Shown here: positions 59,469 to 64,000 of the stretch, piece by piece | Layout of the letters: every line of letters begins with the position of its first letter | How positions within the stretch are numbered: the stretch's first letter is position 1 | Origin: Chlorobiales bacterium | Lineage (GTDB): Bacteria > Bacteroidota > Chlorobiia > Chlorobiales > Chlorobiaceae | NCBI GenBank assembly: GCA_026390855.1 | Contig: JAPLFE010000047.1 | Span: 10,599 to 74,598, forward strand | Length of the DNA: 64,000 nt | Direction of reading: 5' to 3' | Notes under the pieces: model-generated | What the model saw: only the letters and a program-made list of their open reading frames with translations | What the model was told of the DNA's origin: nothing | Database searches by the model: none | Program-made: the position numbers and the translations under genes

Positions 59469-61187
59469 TTAGCTCTGTGACTGTTGGTTTGAAGAAGGTG
59501 ACGTAGCCTGAGGCGCCTGAAGAGCCGCAAGTACCTCCTGACAGGTGCCAAAACGCTGAACCTGCCCGTCAACCAGCACAAGCATATGCTCTATCGCCCC
59601 CAGAATATTTGAGCGATGAGTCATAACAATTACAGTTGTGCCTTTCGATCTCAACATCATTATTGTATTGAGCAAAGCCTTATCACCAGCCTCATCAAGG
59701 CTTGCATTCGGCTCATCAAGCACGACAAACTTAGGCACGCCGTAAACCGCCCGAGCTAGTGCAACACGCTGCCGCTCCCCACCCGAAAGAAAAGAACCAT
59801 CTTCCCCAACCTGAGTATCATACCCCTTTGGAAGCTGCTCAATAAAGCCATCAAGTCCTACCATACGGCAAGCCTCGCTCACTTTCAGAGCATCAGGCTC
59901 ACCAAAACGTGCAATATTTTCAGCAATAGACCCCTCAAACAACTCAACATTTTGAGGAAGATACCCTATATATTGACCGAGTTCCTCTTTGTCCCACTGA
60001 TAAATATCATTCCCATCAAGCCTCACTTTCCCCTGCATCGCTGGCCATATACCAACTAAAAGCCTCGCTAGTGTGGTTTTACCAGAGGCAGAAGGACCTA
60101 CTATCGCCAAAGAACCTCCCGATGCAACCCTGAAACTGACTCCTCTGATAATCTGAACAGGGCTTCTCGGAGCCCCGGCAATAACCCCCTCAACCGAAAG
60201 AAAACCGGTTGGCGCGGGCAAAGCCATAGACTTCCCAGGCACAGGAAACTCCTTGAGCAAGGCTTCAAGGCGGTTGAACGACTCAAGAGTGCCCTCAACT
60301 TGGCGCCAGCTCCCGATAATCTGCACAAGCGGTGCGAGCACCCGGCCACCAAGTATGGAAGCAACAATCATCCCGGAACCATGCAATTCTCCCTTCAGCG
60401 TAAGCCAGCAACCCATACCAAGCAACAGTGAAGCCAGAAGACTCTGAACGAGTTTGGAGAGGGCAGAATTAGTCCCGGCATGGTCCGAAGCAACTGCTTG
60501 CTGAACAAGAAATTCCTGCTGACGTCCTACCCAACGCTTATGAATGTCTCCAAGCATCCCCATCGACTCAATCACCTGCGCATTGCGGATCACTCCATCA
60601 GCATAGCTCTGAGCACTTATTGCGCTGCGATTTGCGGCCAAAAGAGGCTCCCGTATACGACGCTCATTAAGCACACCTATCGCAAATTGCGCAAGAGCAC
60701 CAGCCACAGCAAACCATCCAAGCACAGGACTCATCATAAAAATGATAATCAGAATCAGAAGCGCCATAGGTGCATCCACAAAAGCCAGCAGTGCCTGGGA
60801 AGGAAGAAACTCACGAATGGTTTTAAGGTCACGCAAAGCCTGCGCCCCCCCTATAGGTATGCTCAAACGTCGAGCCGAAAATATCGCACCAAACACTTGC
60901 GAGCGCAGCTGCTTATCGAGTTTCATACCTGCATCATGCATCACCTGACGGCGCACCCACTCCAAAGCTTCAAGAAGCGCATAAACACCAACCACCAGAA
61001 GCGTAAGCATCAGCAATGTCATATGATTACGGCTATTGACCACACGATCGTAAACCTCCATCATATAAGCACTTGGTGCCAGTACCAATACATTAACAAA
61101 CAAACTGAAAAAAAAAGCCTGTTTGAGAGAGGGGAACAAAGCCGCAAGAGCTTCGCGCAACGGAGAACTTTCTTTAATACCTTTCAC
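59469..61187 (-). CDS. Type I secretion ABC permease/ATPase (PrtD/AprD type), copy 1
   Basis: MMEVYDRV, GPSASGKTT, GYLPQNVELF, LSGGERQR, LDEPNASLD. Confidence 0.93.
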   Translation of the reverse strand: MKGIKESSPLREALAALFPSLKQAFFFSLFVNVLVLAPSAYMMEVYDRVVNSRNHMTLLMLTLLVVGVYALLEALEWVRRQVMHDAGMKLDKQLRSQVFGAIFSARRLSIPIGGAQALRDLKTIREFLPSQALLAFVDAPMALLILIIIFMMSPVLGWFAVAGALAQFAIGVLNERRIREPLLAANRSAISAQSYADGVIRNAQVIESMGMLGDIHKRWVGRQQEFLVQQAVASDHAGTNSALSKLVQSLLASLLLGMGCWLTLKGELHGSGMIVASILGGRVLAPLVQIIGSWRQVEGTLESFNRLEALLKEFPVPGKSMALPAPTGFLSVEGVIAGAPRSPVQIIRGVSFRVASGGSLAIVGPSASGKTTLARLLVGIWPAMQGKVRLDGNDIYQWDKEELGQYIGYLPQNVELFEGSIAENIARFGEPDALKVSEACRMVGLDGFIEQLPKGYDTQVGEDGSFLSGGERQRVALARAVYGVPKFVVLDEPNASLDEAGDKALLNTIMMLRSKGTTVIVMTHRSNILGAIEHMLVLVDGQVQRFGTCQEVLAALQAPQATSPSSNQQSQS

Positions 61188-61308
61188 AAGCTAAAACGCT
61201 TACATTCATAATCATTAATCATCTTCTTCGAGAGCATTATTATATATTTTGTCTCACAATCATATTAAGCCAGAAGAAACCCATAAATGATGCTCATTTT
61301 CCTCAGAA

Positions 61309-61515
61309 TTAAAGAGGAAGCGCAGCTACTAAAGCCTGTTCATAGGCACTGTGAGCAGTTTGGGCAATTGCTAACTGCATCTGAAGACGCCTTATCTCTC
61401 CTTCAGCAACTTTAACATTAATCAATTGTTTCTGAGCCTCTTCCGAAAGTTCCGTAACTTTATACGTTGTGCCGTTATGTGTGAGTGTGGGTTCTTCGAT
61501 CTTCGTTTTAGCCAT
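61309..61515 (-). CDS. Small coiled-coil protein, DUF6447-like
   Basis: NGTTYKVTELSEEAQKQL...EIRRLQMQLAIAQTAHSAYEQAL resembles the DUF6447 pattern. Confidence 0.7.
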   Translation of the reverse strand: MAKTKIEEPTLTHNGTTYKVTELSEEAQKQLINVKVAEGEIRRLQMQLAIAQTAHSAYEQALVAALPL

Positions 61516-61930
61516 AGTTATACTTTTTTTTCGTCAGTTTAATAAATTTATAAGGGCCTTCATTTTATAATATTATATGTAAATATCCAAATGACTCTCT
61601 CACTGCATGCACTTTGATTAAAAACCAACTGCAATAAGTTACAATACTTTAACTTAACTTAAAAGTGAATTTTTACACTTTTTCTTTTTTTTTAGCATCA
61701 ATCAAACTCATCTAACGTAAACCACTCAGGAAAGCCAGAACCCCATATCCACAAGGATCAGGCGCAAACCAACCGCTCAAGGAAGCCGATAAGCCTGCAA
61801 AAGATCTCCAGAGCAGACCGGTGGAAAGCGAATAACTGCCTTAAAGAAAAGGAGATGCTACAATTACCTATAAAAAAACGGTATAAAAACCGTCCCTAAC
61901 CTCACTACTTTCCTTCTCCCATTCAAACGA

Positions 61931-63163
61931 TCACCCTGCCAATTCCCCAACCCACTGAACCTGTTTCGGCAAACAAACACTTTTCAGGTCATAGTAAGTT
62001 TGAGCAAAGGTCCGTGCATTTGCGCCCAACCGGACCCTTTCTTGCGGGTAATCCAAAAGACTGCAAACCTCAGTGATGAGTTCCTTCACATCAAAAAAAT
62101 TAACTAAACGCCCGTTTTCATTATGTGTTATAGTCTCATGAAGTGGCTGAGTATTACTTGCCACAATGGCAGACCCTGCGCTCATAGCTTCCAATAAGCT
62201 CCATGAGAGCACAAATGGATAGGTAAAATAAACATGAACCGTCGAGAGCTGCAGAAGAGGAATAAAATGGTTGTATGGGATGTTCCCTAAAAAAAACACT
62301 CTTGCCCAGTCAGCAGCACTGATCAAAGGACGAACCTCACCTAAAAAAATCTCTTTCCACGTCCTACCTCCTTCAGGTCGCGCTCCATAGCTCACATCGT
62401 CCCCACCAACAATCAGCACATGAGCTTCAGGCCTCAGCCTCAAAAGTTCAGGAAGTGCACGCATAAAAATATGATACCCCCGGCACGGCTCCAAATTGCG
62501 GTTTACAAAAGTAATAACTTCATGCTTCTTTGTCAGCAACACATTGCCATTAAGCATAAAACTCACCTTCGAGTCCGGAGCGATAGCCTCGGTATCAATG
62601 CCATCATGTACTACAGTAATTCTGGAACGAAACGGCTCTGGAAAAGTGCTTGCCTGCCAAAATGTTGGAGATATGCCCGCATCGGCCAAGTCAAAATGCA
62701 GTAAGTTATTCACATTTTTAAGCCGCATTCGACAAACTTCCCCCTCATCCCTTGAAGGAAATTCCGGGTCAAAGCCTACATCTGCCCCTTTATGGTGATA
62801 GTAAAATTCGCAATAAGCCCCAAGTTTCGCTCTAGGCCACACATCTTTCAGAAACAAGCTCTCACCCCATCCGGGATGAGCAACAATAACTTCAGGCTCA
62901 TACCCTTCAGCCTTTATCCGTAAAGCTGCTCGAAAACACGCCTCGCCTCTGATTGTTTTCGTTTCAAAATCACTGATCCACGGATGCACACCCGGTGTTG
63001 TACCACGATGAACACTATAGGAAATCATCCTTACACCGTTCCACCTGGCAGGAGCAGACTGCTGCATGGTAAAAGCCGTAACATCATGCCCTTTCTGCAC
63101 CAAGGTTGGAGCCAGAAACTTGAACTGACCAGGAAAATTCTGGTGAACAAAAAGAATACGCAT
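61931..63163 (-). CDS. Glycosyltransferase family 4 (MRILFVHQNFPGQF type)
   Basis: HQNFPGQF, HPGWGE, NRNLEPCRG, TYPFVLSWSLLEAMS. Confidence 0.9.
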   Translation of the reverse strand: MRILFVHQNFPGQFKFLAPTLVQKGHDVTAFTMQQSAPARWNGVRMISYSVHRGTTPGVHPWISDFETKTIRGEACFRAALRIKAEGYEPEVIVAHPGWGESLFLKDVWPRAKLGAYCEFYYHHKGADVGFDPEFPSRDEGEVCRMRLKNVNNLLHFDLADAGISPTFWQASTFPEPFRSRITVVHDGIDTEAIAPDSKVSFMLNGNVLLTKKHEVITFVNRNLEPCRGYHIFMRALPELLRLRPEAHVLIVGGDDVSYGARPEGGRTWKEIFLGEVRPLISAADWARVFFLGNIPYNHFIPLLQLSTVHVYFTYPFVLSWSLLEAMSAGSAIVASNTQPLHETITHNENGRLVNFFDVKELITEVCSLLDYPQERVRLGANARTFAQTYYDLKSVCLPKQVQWVGELAG

Positions 63164-63171
63164 CCTTTCCC

Positions 63172-63654
63172 CTAATTCCTGCCCGGTTCAGCCTGCGTAA
63201 ACCACTCTGGCCACACCGCCAAAGGCCAACCGGCGTTTTTAAACTGCCGATACACAATACCCAGCCATTGCCTTAACTCTTGCAGACTCATCTGCAGTTG
63301 AGCCTCCTCTCCATCTAATAGAGGAAACAACAAAACAACTTTTTCTGCGGAACACGACATATCAACTTTCGCTGGCAAAACCTGAAGCGAATCTTTTACA
63401 GAGCCTACAGGCTCAGAAGGTGCATGCTGCCACTCAGCATCACGTTGCTGACACGAAAGTAGTAACGACCTATCCATCAATGACGATCTTGAAGCCGATC
63501 GTTCAAGATGGTCGGTAAGCGCACCAACCAATCGACTGGCGAGACGCTGAGTCAGCCAGAATACCATAGGACCCTCGCCCTTCAACACAGCCGACATGCG
63601 AATGCGATCCTCAACCTCGTTATACGTAAACGTAACTTTTGTAAGTTGCAACAC
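63172..63654 (-). CDS. Hypothetical cytoplasmic protein
   Basis: 160-aa ORF ending 8 nt before the GT4 start; YNEVEDRIR...FWLTQRL and ELRQWL...AGWPLAVWPEW motifs; function not recognised. Confidence 0.75.
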   Translation of the reverse strand: MLQLTKVTFTYNEVEDRIRMSAVLKGEGPMVFWLTQRLASRLVGALTDHLERSASRSSLMDRSLLLSCQQRDAEWQHAPSEPVGSVKDSLQVLPAKVDMSCSAEKVVLLFPLLDGEEAQLQMSLQELRQWLGIVYRQFKNAGWPLAVWPEWFTQAEPGRN

Positions 63655-63745
63655 GATTTAAAGAAAAAAATTTCAACAAAATGACTGTTTTTGAATCAAG
63701 AGATCTTTACCATTTGATAGCATGGTAAACCCAGATTACAACAAT

Positions 63746-64000
63746 CTACCCATACATCCTTAACAAGAGAACATTTTTGGCATCTTGTATCCTGGAGTCA
63801 AGAGCCTTTGACATTTCCGAAAGAATATCCCGCCCTGCGCTACCAGCTTCTTGTGCTTTTATCATAACACCATACGTTTCAGAAGCTATTATCTTTGCAA
63901 TTTCTGTCTCAATGTCCAAAATCCGCCTTTTAGTTTGAGCTATTGCCCTGTGAGTTCTCTCCAGCTCAGCAGCCGTACCCTCTCCCTCCACTGCTTCAGG
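63746..64000 (-). CDS. C-terminal part of a probable J-domain-containing coiled-coil protein (runs off window end)
   Basis: Frame open to 64000; PEAVEGEGTAAEL...GRDILSEMSKALDSRI resembles the C-terminus of bacterial J-domain proteins. The J domain itself is outside the window. Confidence 0.55.
   Translation of the reverse strand, partial: PEAVEGEGTAAELERTHRAIAQTKRRILDIETEIAKIIASETYGVMIKAQEAGSAGRDILSEMSKALDSRIQDAKNVLLLRMYG

Noticed and set aside
1-64000. CRISPR arrays, rRNA, intact transposases or prophage
   Set aside because: No regularly spaced repeat-spacer array, rRNA, intact transposase/integrase or phage structural gene seen; the periodic DNA at 41.5-42.4 kb is explained by Sel1 repeats.

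Overview
64 kb of a green sulfur bacterium (Chlorobium/Pelodictyon-like) chromosome; the taxon is inferred from gene order and protein style. Most of the window is housekeeping: partial gatA, uppS-bamA, etfBA, tRNA-Lys/Leu, rho, folC, ruvA, rpsT, a phosphohexomutase, fni-GGPP synthase, skp-lptC-panD, yicC-gmk-rpoZ, rimP-nusA-infB-rbfA-truB-ribF-rpsO, hisS and cdsA. An LPS/glycosyltransferase region and a type I secretion locus with two ABC ATPases follow. Three accessory patches stand out. (1) A three-gene toxin-antitoxin-chaperone (RelE/HigB-like, XRE HTH with C-terminal tail, SecB-like) operon between folC and ruvA. (2) A small islet at 18.0-19.1 kb. (3) An AT-rich island at 41.3-45.7 kb with a Sel1-repeat gene, a collapsed group II intron RT remnant and two co-oriented signal-peptide proteins with Asn/Gln/Gly-rich, almost uncharged sequences; this pair is a candidate uncharacterised functional-amyloid or surface-fibre system. 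Three core genes look damaged: infB lacks its GTPase core in frame, dprA has a deletion plus frameshift, and folC has no in-frame start for its N-terminus. These may be assembly artefacts. All family assignments are from motif recognition by eye; no searches were run.
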